DNA of 64,000 nt from Botryllus schlosseri (GCA_051294905.1 CM119378.1:2668001-2732000), one strand, 5' to 3'; shown: positions 39,891-53,156, counted from the stretch's first letter. Program-made: numbers and translations. The notes: generated by a model not told the origin, from the letters alone.

Positions 39891-41854
39891 TGCGACAAAT
39901 CTCATGTGTTCATGGAGGCCAATCCCATTGTAGCTCGGAATTGACATCAACGTGAATCTTAAAAGCATTATTTGGGCATAACCAAGGCGGAAATTCGAGA
40001 GCAGATTTTTTCAGCGATGGTGTCACCGCTTCACTGAGACTGCAAGAATGTGACGTCGCAATATCTGAAAGCGAAGGATATCCTACCAAGATCATAAATT
40101 CACCTTCGACCGGAGATGAAATGGACTTAATAATGCGTCCTTTCTTTCGCTATCACATACTTTAGAAGAGACGAGACAACAATGGGTCAATGTATGACCC
40201 ATGAGCGTCATGGACGACTGATCAGCACAATATCATCATAAACAATAATCCACTAATCATATTAATGCACAATATCCCATAGTAACGAAAAAACGGTCAC
40301 ATTCCTGTCATTGTTGATGCCATCGATCATGGTTTGCATCTCCTCCTCGTCTGCTCCTCCTTCTTCACTCTGACTCCACACTCCTCAACCAAGCCTTCAT
40401 CACGCCCTTCACTCTCTCACTCTCCTCTTCTTTCTCTTTTGCTCGCTTCCTAACAGACTCTCTCTCTCTCTCTCGCGCGCGCAACAAATTCTCTCATCTC
40501 TTCCTCAGCTCACAAATCAAGGAGCAAATCAACATCTCAGGTTTGATTGACAGCCACTCCCATCCGACCCACCTCCTCCATCATCTGCCCCTCTCCAGTC
40601 TCCGTTTCCTGCTCCAGAGTCGAGATCCGAGCTCGGAGATCGCCGACAACACTTTGCGCTTCTGTTCGCACCAGGGTTTGTGAGGAAATATTTGGCATTC
40701 ACATATAACACGACCATCAGAGGCTTTGATATTTGGTGTCAATGGTAGTCGATAATTGCCGTGAATGCGTGTGGGCCTAAAATTATGGCACAAAATGTGA
40801 TACAATTTCCATTGTAAGATATCTGTTGGGCTCGATATTGGTTGGGTCAAAAATTTTTTCGTATATCGTATCACATCGTTTTGCTTGTTTTGCTGCCTGC
40901 TTTAAAAAATGGAATAAGTAGCCTATATAGCAAAATCTGCAATTGTTCTGTGCAGGTGCATTCAAGCACAAGGCTAGAGGTTGAATCGCACTGTAGGCTT
41001 GAATATTGAGTGAGATAGAACTAAAAGATATGCTTAAAAGGAAGTGTTTACTCCCCCTTCCCCTACATAAGGAACACGAATCTACCATATATGAACCTCG
41101 GGTAGGCCTATAAGTAAATCCCTCCCCGGTTGAATCGTAGACAATATTCATCATCCATCATGAGAGAACATTTGAAGTATTACCCATTATTATCATTATT
41201 TATGAAATCATTTAGACGTGCTTCTCGCATCAGAGGCATTTTTCACCACGGAAATTGAGGCATTACGACGTATACGATGCAAGCAAGATTCCCAATGTGA
41301 CTCATTTACGAAATGACTGGGTAGTGGAATCTGACGCTTTGATTCTCGTATAAATTCAAATACATAGACGATAGAGTTGGTGTCAGTTAAAAGATTATAA
41401 AGCTAGAAAGTAACGCGCTTTTTGCGGTCGACGCGTTGTAAATCCACTCAAGCAAGGTATATCCGTTTAGAAGTGATGTGACTGATGGTAGTGAAAGTAA
41501 TCAGTAGCAGATTGAAATTCCCGACTCGTAGATCCGCATGTCACGATGTTGGAATTGGATGACAACAGTCTGTCATCGTGGTCGTGTAGTGATAAATTAT
41601 AGGCAAGGTATGGCTTCATCTGGAATTCTGGATTTTAAACTAAATATAATGTGCATTGAATCTACTGTGAGATTAAATGCTATCTTAGGTATCGAAATTC
41701 ACTCATGCAGATTACTGATGCGAAGGACTGAAAATACACCGAAAACATCCAGTTCTTGCGATATATACCCTCGTTCTGACGGTGATCAGTTCAGCTTACT
41801 TTCTGTTGCGTAGTTATACCGAGTCAAGTGTTCGTAATTCACAGTGTAAGACTA

Positions 41855-42201
41855 TTTGAAGAGCTTCTCGGAGATACAGAACTTCAATATACAATTGAAT
41901 ATTCATATTGAAATGAACTCAAATATTTTCGGATGATACTCGTCAGGGGTAGCCTAATCGTCAGAAACTAGTAGAGAATTGGAAAGAATATTCTATATCA
42001 ACCATCGTATCTCAAAATATTACGTCACCAGTATGAACGCTCTCTCATTCGAAATTTTATGCTGGTGACGTCATATTTTGAGATACGATTGCTGATATAC
42101 AATGTTCTTTCCAATTCTCCACTAGTTGCTGACGATTACCCCTGACGAGTGTCAGCCGAAAATATCCGGGTTCATTTCAATATGAATGAATATACTATTC
42201 A
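41855..42201. mobile_element. Palindromic insertion of two head-to-head hammerhead-bearing PLE-derived units
   Basis: Arm 41855-42037 (minus) and arm ~42035-42207 (plus). Flanking direct repeat agtgtaagacta (41843-41854, 42202-42213). Empty site at 18324-18335. Confidence 0.85.
42128..42172 (+). ncRNA. Hammerhead ribozyme motif, probably inactivated (U16.1>C)
   Basis: accc-CTGACGA-g-tgtcagc-c-GAAA-atatc-c-gggt. Confidence 0.65.
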
Positions 42202-43723
42202 AGTGTAAGACTAGCAGTGATTGACATACAGAGTCAATAATGTCGTCAAAGTGTTATCTAACATCTGCTTGCAGTAACAAAGCATATGACAGCAAAGTGA
42301 ACACGAGCAATCGGAAGCGTTTAGCAAGTTTCCAATAGTTTATAGGACTATTGCTAGATTGCTTTCTGCTATAGCGTGTATGGCTTTGACTGTATTGAAT
42401 GGTATTTGCATATCAATCCATACCGACACTTTTTCTATAGTAGGACGCAGTGATTCACAAACTATGTGAGTTGCTGTTTTTCTCAAGACTCTATAGTCCT
42501 TCGGTGTAGACTTGCTCATTGCTACGTATGTATTATTTTCCGCTGATGTTTCGCTTTGTTAATTCAACGTAATGAATTTATGGCATAATATTCTGAAATG
42601 ATTCATAGCCTACAACAAACTTGTTTCGCCAATTCACTCAATGTAACTCGATTGCGATTTTTCATATACGTGGGTTGGTTCATTGGTGGCACTTTAATTC
42701 TGGGCTCATTTTGTGAAATCCATATATAGCGTAAGCGTAGGTCAGCATGGTATGGTCATATATGATGTACGCAAAGTTATTTCCTCTATCAATAAATGGA
42801 GAATAAATGTAGAAGTAATTATATCTATAATCTTTAAATATTACAGAAACGTATTTAAATGTGACATGGTTATGATGCTGTCAGCATTTTGTGTCTTCGG
42901 AGTTAAACCAAAAGTACAATCAGCAAATCTATGCAGTAGGGGTCTCATCTTTTCCGTAGCCATTTACTGACCAGAGATTTTTCTGTAGCCGACCACAGAC
43001 ATCTCATGGCCGGCCACAGCGAATTTCATGGCCGGTCATCGATTCATCACGACCGGCCACCATCTCGTGACCAGTTAGTTATATTCGAACATCTAGTTGG
43101 ATCGAAATTCGGTCTTTTCATTCATTTTGACTACTCGCGTAGATATTCTTTGTTTGCACTATGTACTTTGCGGCTAGGTTTGTAGACTGCTTCCAATAAT
43201 AGGCTTACCGCACGTTCTTACCAGTTATACCTGTTTACAACTGACGTTATTGAGTATAGCTCTGGGCATGAAATGCCCTATGAACAGCATTTTTCATGGC
43301 CGGCCACGAAAATATTCTTGGCGAGTGAGTGCCCACATGAATGCTGAAAGTCCGTCACAATCTATGAGCAGATCGCTGCTCACAGACTTAAATTTACATC
43401 CAGTTCTAAGAATCGAGAAAACCGACTTTCATCCCTAATTTTGACAATGAGAACGACCAGCTAATAAATTCTTGTCAATGTCTCTGACGCGTGTACGTTA
43501 TCATCAAATCAATGTTTGGTTTGTTTTAGAATACAGATAGGCCTACATATATATCATTTCCAAGTTGTCGGTCACTATTTAATCAAATAACAATACAGCT
43601 TTGTAATACTTTGAAGTATATTTTCTCTATAACTTGCAAATTTCTCATTAGTATGTTTTGTTTCGTGTTTGTACTGTAAATTTTTATTTACAAATTGCAT
43701 ATGGTGCTACTATTACCGTATAC

Positions 43724-45146
43724 TAGGGTTACCATATTTCAGCAACCCAAATTCCGGACACTCTTTAGCGCCCACTAGTGGATTTCAAATGAGTTATGAC
43801 GTCACACCAGCAAAGCTTTGCTCATAGACCAGAGGTGGTCACGGTCCGGCTCAAGAGTATGTGGCTCTAATTGTGTAACCGGGACCGAAAGCACATGTTT
43901 TCAGCCCCCTCCCGCCCAAATAAACAATCATTTTGAGCCCACACTATAGGGTAATCGATGCAACTTCTGAAGGGGGGTGCTTGCTATATGAATCTGGTTT
44001 CTATGTTAAATTATTTGAATGAACTCTGTCAATAATATTGGTCGTTCCATATATTACTATATAGAAACTACTCTCCGCCCCCATGATCAGAGTTAGCTGT
44101 AGAGCTGGTGGTGGCTTATTCCAGTAAATGAAGGTCGTTTTTATTTATATTTTATGGCAGTTTTTGCGAAGGTGGTAGTCTATGTGATAGTCTAAAACAG
44201 GGCCGGCCAACCCGTGGCCCGCGGGCCACATGTGGCCCGCAAGAAGGTTTTGAGTGGCCCGCGAGGTAATTTCCGAAATTAGTAATTTTATCAAAAATGG
44301 ATTGCACAGATTGTGAACTCGCAAGGCCAACCAAAAATTTGATTAGTCTGGCCGGAACACTTGAGATGTGATGACCAAAATATCAGTTTCGGCGCATTGA
44401 CAGATCCATGAGCCAGTCACATTTTGGTAGATCTTCGTACACTATAATAAAGCAGAATACTTTGTAAAAGTATTAATTTAAAAGTAAAAATTTTACACAC
44501 GCTTCGCGCAACATGTTGTCACTCGATTTCCTGCTTTTAATATTGTTACCCTTTTGTGTAAATGAAAGAACGCCTAATGTATCAGATTGAGTCTAACTAT
44601 ACTCGCGATTACGCGACAAAGTGCCGTTCAACATATGCGACTCGCAGAAAGACCGTCGACTATATGAAACCTAGGCACAAAATGATTGACGCATGTTGGT
44701 CGAAGCTTTCGATATCGATATGTCCAGGCGCCGAATATTCCATTCCTTGCAAACTAAGCCCAGCGATATACAGCATGCCCGCAATATAGTGAAGTGACAA
44801 AATTATTGACCTATGAACTTCGAAAAATTTTCGCGCTTCGCGCGGCTAGTGGCCCGCGCAATATTTCGTCAATCAAATGTGGCCCTTAGGCTGAAAAGGT
44901 TGGCCGCCCCTGGTCTAAAATGTCTAAAATATGTGATAGTAAATCGCGCGCAGCGCGAAGAAAAATTTCATACATCAGGATAAATATTCCCAAACAATAT
45001 TGTTTTTATGCTGATTTACGAAAAAATTTATGAGCCTACGTAAAAATTCCGGACATTTGGCATATTTTAGAAATTCCTCCCGGACGCTAGTTTGAACAGT
45101 GAAATTCCGGACATCTCCGGGAAATTCCGGACGTATGGCAACCCTA
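43724..45146. mobile_element. Non-autonomous hAT (tagggttacc family)
   Basis: 8-bp TSD ccgtatac. Confidence 0.9.
44198..44912. mobile_element. Nested hAT MITE
   Basis: cagggccggccaacc / ggttggccgcccctg and 8-bp TSD gtctaaaa. Confidence 0.9.
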
Positions 45147-46114
45147 CCGTATACTTCAAAGTTTGTTATTGTTGCCATTTCAATGCGAATCTCATGGTCT
45201 GTGAGTTTGATTGCTGCGTCATACTTTATCTTTTTGGTTCTGCCTTTAAATCTGTTTAAATCCCTTTAGTGTGCCGTTAACTATTGAAAAGAGGCACCCG
45301 AAAAGTCTTCGAGTTTATTAAATTTTCTACTACAATGGATGTTGCATTGAAAGCTATATTTAAGTTCTGTACCACGAACCAGCTATTCAAAGAACAATAT
45401 TGCACTTCGGTATCCCGCGAATGGATTCAAATGTTGAATTCGGCCCGCGAGCCTAATAGTTTGCCCACTGCCAAGGTCATGTGCGCCACGACAATGACTT
45501 CAGTAATGTTCCCTGTTCAGTAAAGGCCAGGCTCACTGACACTCTGGGCATTTTATATATTCTGGATGGAGGATCCCAGATAAACCTCCGAAATATAGAA
45601 TATAGGCAGAAACAGCCACTTCCATTGGTTTTGTGATGGTGACGTATAACCAACTCCACTATTCGTGATGAAGTAGTAGGTAGTGCAACTGTTAGTCTTT
45701 TTTTGCGGTGCCGATATAGCATTACAGACCGCAGAATGTCATGCTTTCGATCGAAGGCTGCATATTTCTACTTATTAATGTGCATATGCTTGATCAGACT
45801 TTGTATAACTGTTTAATTTGTATATTTATCCACGTGTTATTGAAATCGAGGATGCATAAAGTTGGATCTCAATAAAGAACCGCTTTCTACTTGCAATGAT
45901 GGTTGGATGTATCTCGGGTATGTGAACGATATATGAAATTCTCGTCACGAAGTCACATCACTAGTGACGTGTATGTGCATTGTGCAACTTTGCATTTATT
46001 CATAGGTTAAATACCGTAATAAATATATCAAACTGAAATACAATCAAGCAGTTGCACTGACTAGCCTAATTCCTATCACTCCAAAAACTCACAAGACGTA
46101 GGGGCTGTTTACAT

Positions 46115-47964
46115 CAGTGGTTCTTAACCTTGCCTCCAGCGCCCCCCAGGGGGCGCTGGTGATTTTGAAGGGGGCGGAAACGCTCAGGGGGCGATATGGG
46201 GGGTGCTGGGCTCAGGAGGGCGGTATGGGGGGCGCCGGAGAAAAATGGCTTCGCAGTAGATGATGTGGTGGTAGGACATATCCTCAATGAGTATTCAGAG
46301 AAAATGAACACCGAAAACTTCGTTATATATGGCCTACAAAAGACATATAGGTTTAATTGTCCATGGGCGCCTAAATGACTTGCACCGAATATTCCTGTGT
46401 TGGCAATCTGAACCCCAGAAGACGAATTCCATCCGGCAGGGAAAAATTATATGCCAGTGAAGAAATACCAATTTGAAATCGTGTTCGTCTTTTATTTTAG
46501 TACGATTGGGCGACAGGGATATCTAAAACTAGATATTCTTGTTGGGCGATATCCCAGTTGGGTGATTCTATATTTCTTGATATAGCAGACAGGAGGTCAC
46601 GAAATAACATCATGCAACGAAGTCATACCAACGGGTTCGCCCGCCCAAATATGTTTAATTATAAGTTACGGGCCCTACAGTTTCCAAGACACCTCACATT
46701 GTTCCCTCCACGTTTTGATGAGTCTGCGCACACTCAATAAACTCACTGCGCAGACCCTTGGACAACAGTGCGTAACGACTAAAAAAAGGTCAAAACTTCG
46801 GATTAGTTGTGCGCAACGTAGATTTTCTGTGCACATATAGGCTACCTTGTCAGCACTGCGCACGTGAGCAGCTTAGACGGAACATTGCACCTCACTCAGC
46901 TCTACCGGTAAATCTGGTAACGTGAGCAGAGAGGACAAGAAATTAATAGATAGCAATAGATATGCAATTCCCGATCTTACTGACCGATTTTATCATGAAT
47001 TATCGAAAGTTTTCGCACTTCGCACTGGCTCGCTAAAGAGTACAGCTGATTTCGTGGCAAAACGAACAACGTGATGGGGGCGGTCGGTTTATCACCCTAT
47101 GGGAGCCCAAGACCCAAGTTTTTTCGGCGGGCCTGACGAAGTGCATGCCGTTTCGTTCCTGCCAACGGGTATACGCCCGAAGATGTATAATTATTATTGA
47201 GGGGTCCTACCTTTTCAATCACACATCACTCAGCTCTACCGGTAAATTTGTTTACGTGAGCAGAGAGAGGATAGAATATGATATCAATATATGCAATTCC
47301 CGATCATATTTACCAATTCAATCATTGATTATTGAAATTTTTCAGTAAATGGACACCCAATGTAGATGACTAGTCTCAGCAAATAGTGGATAGCCGAAAG
47401 GGGGTCTGGGGGCGAAGCCTCCCGGAAGTTTGGTTTAGCACCCGATGGGGGGGGGGGCTAAGACCAACGTTTTTTGGGGGCTGTCGAAGTGCTGTTACGG
47501 CCATGGTAACGAATTAATTGTACCTGCGGGCACGCCCGAATATGTTTAATTATTAATTACGTGCCCCCCATCTTCCCATACAACAGCTCAATCAGCGCTG
47601 CTGGTAAATCTGATTACGTGAGCTGAGAGGATAAAAAGTTTATAGCGACTTATATATGCAATTACCACCTATTCATTCATGCATTATAGAAAATTTTGTT
47701 ACCTAGGGCGACCATGCCGCACAAACTTTGTTGACCATCGAAATCACGCTACGGGGTTCTTAGGGGCGAAGCCCTCGGAAGTTTGGTTTATCACGCTATG
47801 GGTGCGCAAGGCAATCATTTTTAGAGGGGATGACGAAGTGCTGTTACGGCCCTCCCTCTTACTCATAGTCTTTATTACATTCCCTACAATATGCGGTTGG
47901 GGGGCGCTGGAGCACGATAATTTTTAAAAGGGGGCGCTGGAGGAAAAAAGGTTAAGAACCACTC
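46115..47964. mobile_element. Non-autonomous hAT containing about three tandem ~300-bp units and a nested MITE (46697-46887)
   Basis: TIR cagtggttcttaacc / ggttaagaaccactc and 8-bp TSD gtttacat. The motif ctcagctctaccggtaaat recurs near 46895, 47229 and, degenerate, 47592. Confidence 0.85.
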
Positions 47965-48034
47965 GTTTACATGCACGAGCAATAACAACAAGTAGATGAG
48001 AAGCGTGATCGCTCATGCGTTAAAAGAAACTATT

Positions 48035-48035
48035 G

Positions 48036-48069
<34 letters not shown>

Positions 48070-48221
48070 GGGGGAGAGGGGAAGAGGGGGAGAGAGGGGG
48101 AGAGGGGGAGAGGAGGAGATGGGGAGAGGAGGAGAGGAGGAGAGGAGGAGAGGGGGAGAGGGGGAGAGGGGGAGAGGGGGAGAGGGGGAGAGGGGGGAGA
48201 GGGGGAGAGGGGGAGAGGGGG
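48035..48221 (+). repeat. Polypurine (GA)n / (GGGGGAGA)n tract
   Basis: About 185 nt of almost exclusively G and A. Confidence 0.95.
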
Positions 48222-48479
48222 TATCAGGAGGTAATGACACATTACTTATCTCCGAACGAAATCAAACCTCCATTGAGTAAGGAGTTCAAAATACCGTGTG
48301 TAGAGAACGTCCAATCAGATACTCCAGTATAGAAATTAGAAATCAAAGCGGGAATCAACATAAAAATCTGTGCCCCAATGACGAAGTCCTTGTGCCATAC
48401 TGGAGGAGTAACAGTTCTGCCTTAGCGCTTGTTTCCATCGTTAGACGGTGTGGCAACACTAGTGTCGCCGATTTGTCCT

Positions 48480-50426
48480 TCAACTGGCTGATGATCTTCT
48501 GCACTCGATTGAGCGGATCGCAGCACGCCAGGGTCTACCTCATTGGACAGTTCAGTTCGAGCGAGTGGCGTAACGACTTCAGGGGGACGTAGCTGTACCG
48601 GGAGACAAGACCGGTGGCTGAGAAAATGGGCACTTTTGGTTCGGGAAGTACGGCTCAATATTGCGCAGAAATTTTCAGTTACACAGAGTCAATCTGCCGG
48701 AGCCCTCCACTTTCAAGAGGTATTAGTCATGGTCCCGTCCGGTTCTTTTCCAGCGAAATATAACGACCGTTGTGGTTTTTGAATGCGACAGACATCACCT
48801 TCACGAAGGGGGGGGGGGGGTAATGGTTTAGTGTGCAACGGCAGGGCCCCCATCACTGCCACGTTCTTCGGTCCCTCCAAAAGTGACGAAGTAACCTCGT
48901 AATTTATCTTGGATTACGGGGGCTCCAGACGTTTGCCCACCGTGCTTTACATAGAATATCTCTGGCCAATTGCTGAAGCGGTCAACAACGACTAAATATT
49001 GGTGGCCTGCGGCGGTGCAAGAATCAGCAGCAACAGCTTTGAAAGAGTTAGTCAGTATGAATGGCACGGTCGGAGGCATGTATGCTTGACTTGGCGCCCT
49101 TTTACTGCAATTGTCACAACGTGCTCGTGTACCTGCTATACACTCAGTCATTCCAGCCAAAAATACTGTGCCCTGCGCCCTCTCTGATATGGCGGCAGTC
49201 CCTTGGCGTGACGAATGTAAGATTCCACAAATCACCCCCCCCCCCCCCCCCCCCGCATGAAAGACTGAATGAATGACAATCCGGTCATTATACATGAAAA
49301 CGTCGTCTACGATCGAAAGGTGGTCACGGCACCGCCAATATGATTGTAGCTGAAGAGGCATTTTATCCGATTCATTTGGGAATCCTAAGCTGATGTGATT
49401 TTTCAACTCACTGAGCACTGTGTCGTACGCGGTACTACGCTTGACATCGTCCCAAGAGACAACTTTGATGACATTCAATGATGCGCGGGAGGCGGCACAA
49501 TGCCGTTTTCAAGCAGATTGGTGTCGTCATGGGCCGCTATTATACTGTTGCAGTGGTCCAATGGTATGTCATCCGCTGAAGTCGGGTCGGAATTAGTAGG
49601 GTACCTGGAGAATGCCTCAGGTGCAGGAATGAGCTTGCCGGGAACATGGACGACACGGAAGCACCATGACAATGTGTGCGGTCACCAAAGATTTCTACTG
49701 AAAGTTTGTGGTCAGTGCAGACGATGAGATCGTCAGTCGTCACATCAGGAAGAACTTCGTATCTTCCAATGCCCATGCAGCTGCAAGCGCCTCGCCCTCT
49801 ACAGGAGCATAACGTTGTTCGGCGGATCGAAGGAACCATGGCCCAGCGAGATTAATTCATGGTCGCAACATTCAGGTGTCAAAGAGGCGCATTTGTAGTG
49901 CTTTTGTCACAACCAGTAGCCAATGCCAGGCTTTGACCAGTCCATGGTCAATCATTTTCTTCTAGTTGGGTCTAAGAGCCTTACTCCATCTTTGATAGCG
50001 TTGATGAGCTCGAGTTTGGAGTTGGCGAATGCATCATTAAGTTCTGAAGTCCAGCAAAATGAAGTTTTGGTGCTTAGTAACGGTTTGAATGATGCCATAA
50101 TGGTAGACAGCCGGCCATAATGAGATATCTGGTTGACTAGTCTATTTTCGTTGGACGTGAGAACCACTGAATATTAGGGCAGAAGGCGAACATTCTCAGC
50201 AGTAATTTCGAAGCCGGCTAACTCAATGTGTTTGCGGCAGAACTGGAACCTGAAGACATTGAGAATGATACCTTCAGAGCCCATCAATTCAAAATAGTCA
50301 ATCATTCGCCACCAGTGTGCCATGTGTGTGACAAGTTCGTAGGTACGCCAAGTCGACTTTTATTAAAATACGCCAGCCAACGCTGTGCCAACAAAAAGAG
50401 TTCGTGTGCCATATAAAATAGTACAT
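48480..50426 (-). mobile_element. Decayed Gypsy/Ty3 pol (RT C-terminus, RNase H, integrase)
   Basis: FKPLLSTKTSFCWT (connection), CTDHKL (RNase H), H..C..C zinc region, YLVVVDRFSNWPE and SDGGP (integrase core). Many frameshifts. Confidence 0.9.
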
Positions 50427-50596
50427 TGAACGCTCTCGTATTCGGAATTTCATGCGAGTGATGTCATAATTTGTGATACGATTGTTGATATACAAGGTTC
50501 TTTTCCATTCTCTATTAATTGCTGGCGATTACCCCTGACGAGAGTCAGCCGGAAATATTCAGGTTCATTTCAAAATGAATATATCATTCAGTTGTA
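50427..50596 (+). mobile_element. Near full-length (~170 nt) hammerhead-bearing PLE-derived unit, core mutated (GAAA>GGAA)
   Basis: Colinear with 42035-42207. CTGACGA at 50535-50541. Confidence 0.8.
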
Positions 50597-50618
50597 CTAC
50601 TGACATGACAACGTAAGC

Positions 50619-51777
50619 CAGGGGTGGGCAAACTTTTGAGCTCATGGGCCGCATTCAACATCTCAATCCATTCGCGGGCCGCACTGTATAAAATGGGAAT
50701 ATCAACCAAAACTCAAGATTGGTATTTGATTATATAGTGAGGACATGGAGATAACATATGTGCTTCTTTAAAACAAACCAAAGATTGCTTTGATGATATC
50801 GTACACGCGTCAGAAAGATAGTGGCGAGATTTCATTAGCTGGTCGACCACAATAACCAATTTGTCAAAACTATATGAAAGTCGGTTCGCGATTCTTAGAA
50901 TAGGATTGAAATTTAAATCTGTGAACAGCGATCTGTTCATAGATTTACTAATTTCACATTTGATACAGTTCCAGGACACACAATGCTCACAGAATCATAA
51001 CCATGTTAGCTTCAAACACGCTTCTACTATGTGTAGATAAAATATATATAAATGCCCCAATTCTACGCAAACAGAGAACGAATATACCTAAGACACGCGC
51101 GAACCGGTTTTTATAAGCACATCACTGAAATAATTGAAACTGGAGTGGCCAATCTGAAATCCCACTCGTGATCCGAATTATGTCAATCTCGTTTAGGATT
51201 TCTGTGATGTTTAGCAGTTGAAACCTCTTAAACTGTGGGGGCCTTGAGATAGGGCTGTCGCGCCAGAAATTAAACATAAAAGATAAGATAGGAAGTATTT
51301 ACCTTGGAACAGAGGTTCTCAAACTTTTTAAGATCCCCCCTTATGATGATGAAAGATTTCGCGCCCCCTTAACGTCATATCACAAAACACAAACAGGTTG
51401 CTATAGCACACCTAACGGATAGTTTGATGGCATGGAAGGTTATACGACCATGAATGAGATCTTCTTAAATGTGAAATACTGAGCAACAATGATGAAATTG
51501 TTGGTAAATCGCGAGGAGCGCGAAAAAATTTTTCATTCGAGCTCAGCTTCGCGCCCCTCTTCTGATGCTTTCACGGCCCCCAGTTTGAGAACCCACTGTC
51601 TTAGAATTATCATGGTGAAATATGCTAAGAAATAGTTTAATCAAGTCCCTGCATTATTTCGATTTTTAGTAAGCTTTTTATCAATATTTAAAAAAGTCTC
51701 TTTAGACTCTCGCGGGCCGCACAGAACGGTGTTGCGGGCCGCATGTGGCCCACGGGCCGTAGTTTTGCCCACCCCAG
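50619..51777. mobile_element. Composite non-autonomous hAT with nested MITE (51310-51598) and transposase C-terminal relic
   Basis: 8-bp TSD acgtaagc, inner TSD ccttggaa/tcttagaa, and NRSLFTDLNFNPILRI...FDKLV on the minus strand. Confidence 0.9.
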
Positions 51778-52736
51778 ACGTAAGCTGTGATAACTTCGTT
51801 TGCGGTCAGTTTATTTGTGATTTAACAATAGAGGAACAATGAAACATACAATGAGTGAATGACTGGTTGCTCTCTCAAGTGACATCATCGTATCGTGAAC
51901 AATCCGAGCATACACAAGATACAGTGATTTAATCGACGGCGTTTACTTGATGGCTTGAAATTGACTCGTAAATCTTGCTCCGAGTCACGAGTCAATCCAT
52001 TATTTTGAAGAGCCGAGTCAAGTCAAGTCTGGTCAAGTTTTTTTTTGCAAAGTGACTCGAGTCAAATCAAGTCATACGAAAAAGTTGGATCTAGTCAAGT
52101 CGATAGTCGATTCATCTCAACATTGGTTATTCGGTTACAATTATAGCCCTAGCGATATCAAAATTATGTGCCAATACGTATATCGAAATGCAACATTTAT
52201 CAACTGGAACTTCCAATTTGTGGCAGCAATATGAAAATGAAAACAGATATTCAATAAAAACTTCATATATTTATAATCGCACGTCATCTGCGTAGGAAGC
52301 TAGTATTCCTGGTCCTGCCTGCGTATTGGTAGTTCAGGAAACCCGACTATCATCATTTTTCACCATAACCATGGCCGTTGGCCGACAACCCGTCATATGA
52401 CAAGCCCACAATACTGAAGACTCTCTCACTTGGAATAGTTGAAGGAGTGATGACGTCATTGTATAGTTCGATAAATATAGGTCGGAGTTAGCGGATACCT
52501 ATTTTTCAGCTCTACTTCATAGTTATTGCCATAATGCGCATTCACCCAGAAGTAAGATGAGCTCAAAATCCTGACCATTGTTTCTTTCCAATCAAGCAGC
52601 GGGTCATTGGGTATATTTCGTTCTGTGAGATCTGCATGTAAACATTCAGTTATATATTTGCATATAAATCTTTAATCGTCTTGGAGTTTCAAAATTAATT
52701 TGTGGTATTATTCATAATCCTGGATCTATTTTGCAG

Positions 52737-52955
52737 TTTCGTGTGATGAAGGATTGAAAGAGATTATTGATGTGTGTACTAACGCGACTGGGATTATAAA
52801 ACACGGAGGCATTGTCAATAAGAAATGGCTGTTTCTCTCGCGCAGCTGCTCTACCAATGGATCGTTACTTTTCAGTTTAGATGAAGAGGAATATGGTATT
52901 GTGTGCGAGTGCGGAAATACGAGTTGCGCCAGTTTCTGGAGTCTAGTAATAACAG
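52737..52955 (+). pseudogene. Receptor paralog E: first half of Cys-rich CUB-like ectodomain exon
   Basis: ttttgcag| acceptor and g|gtaata donor, phase 1/1, open: SCDEGLKEIIDVCTNATGIIKHGG...W...CECGNTSCASFWSLVIT. Splices in frame to 53755. Confidence 0.65.
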
Positions 52956-53156
52956 GTAATAGTGTAAACATAGATATATTTTCAACGCCGCTTAGCAAGA
53001 GACTCACAGCTGTGACCATGTTTCTTCTCTAGAAATTTTCAGACTCGCGTGCTGTGAATTAGCCACACGTTTGTGAAACAAAACAAATACTGGATTCAAC
53101 AATAAAAAATTGTAGCGTCACAATGATGAAAAAATATTTACAATAGTATGATAAGG

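Noticed and set aside
47996..48332. Glu/Arg/Gly- and Pro/Ser-rich ORFs
   Set aside because: Translations of a purine microsatellite
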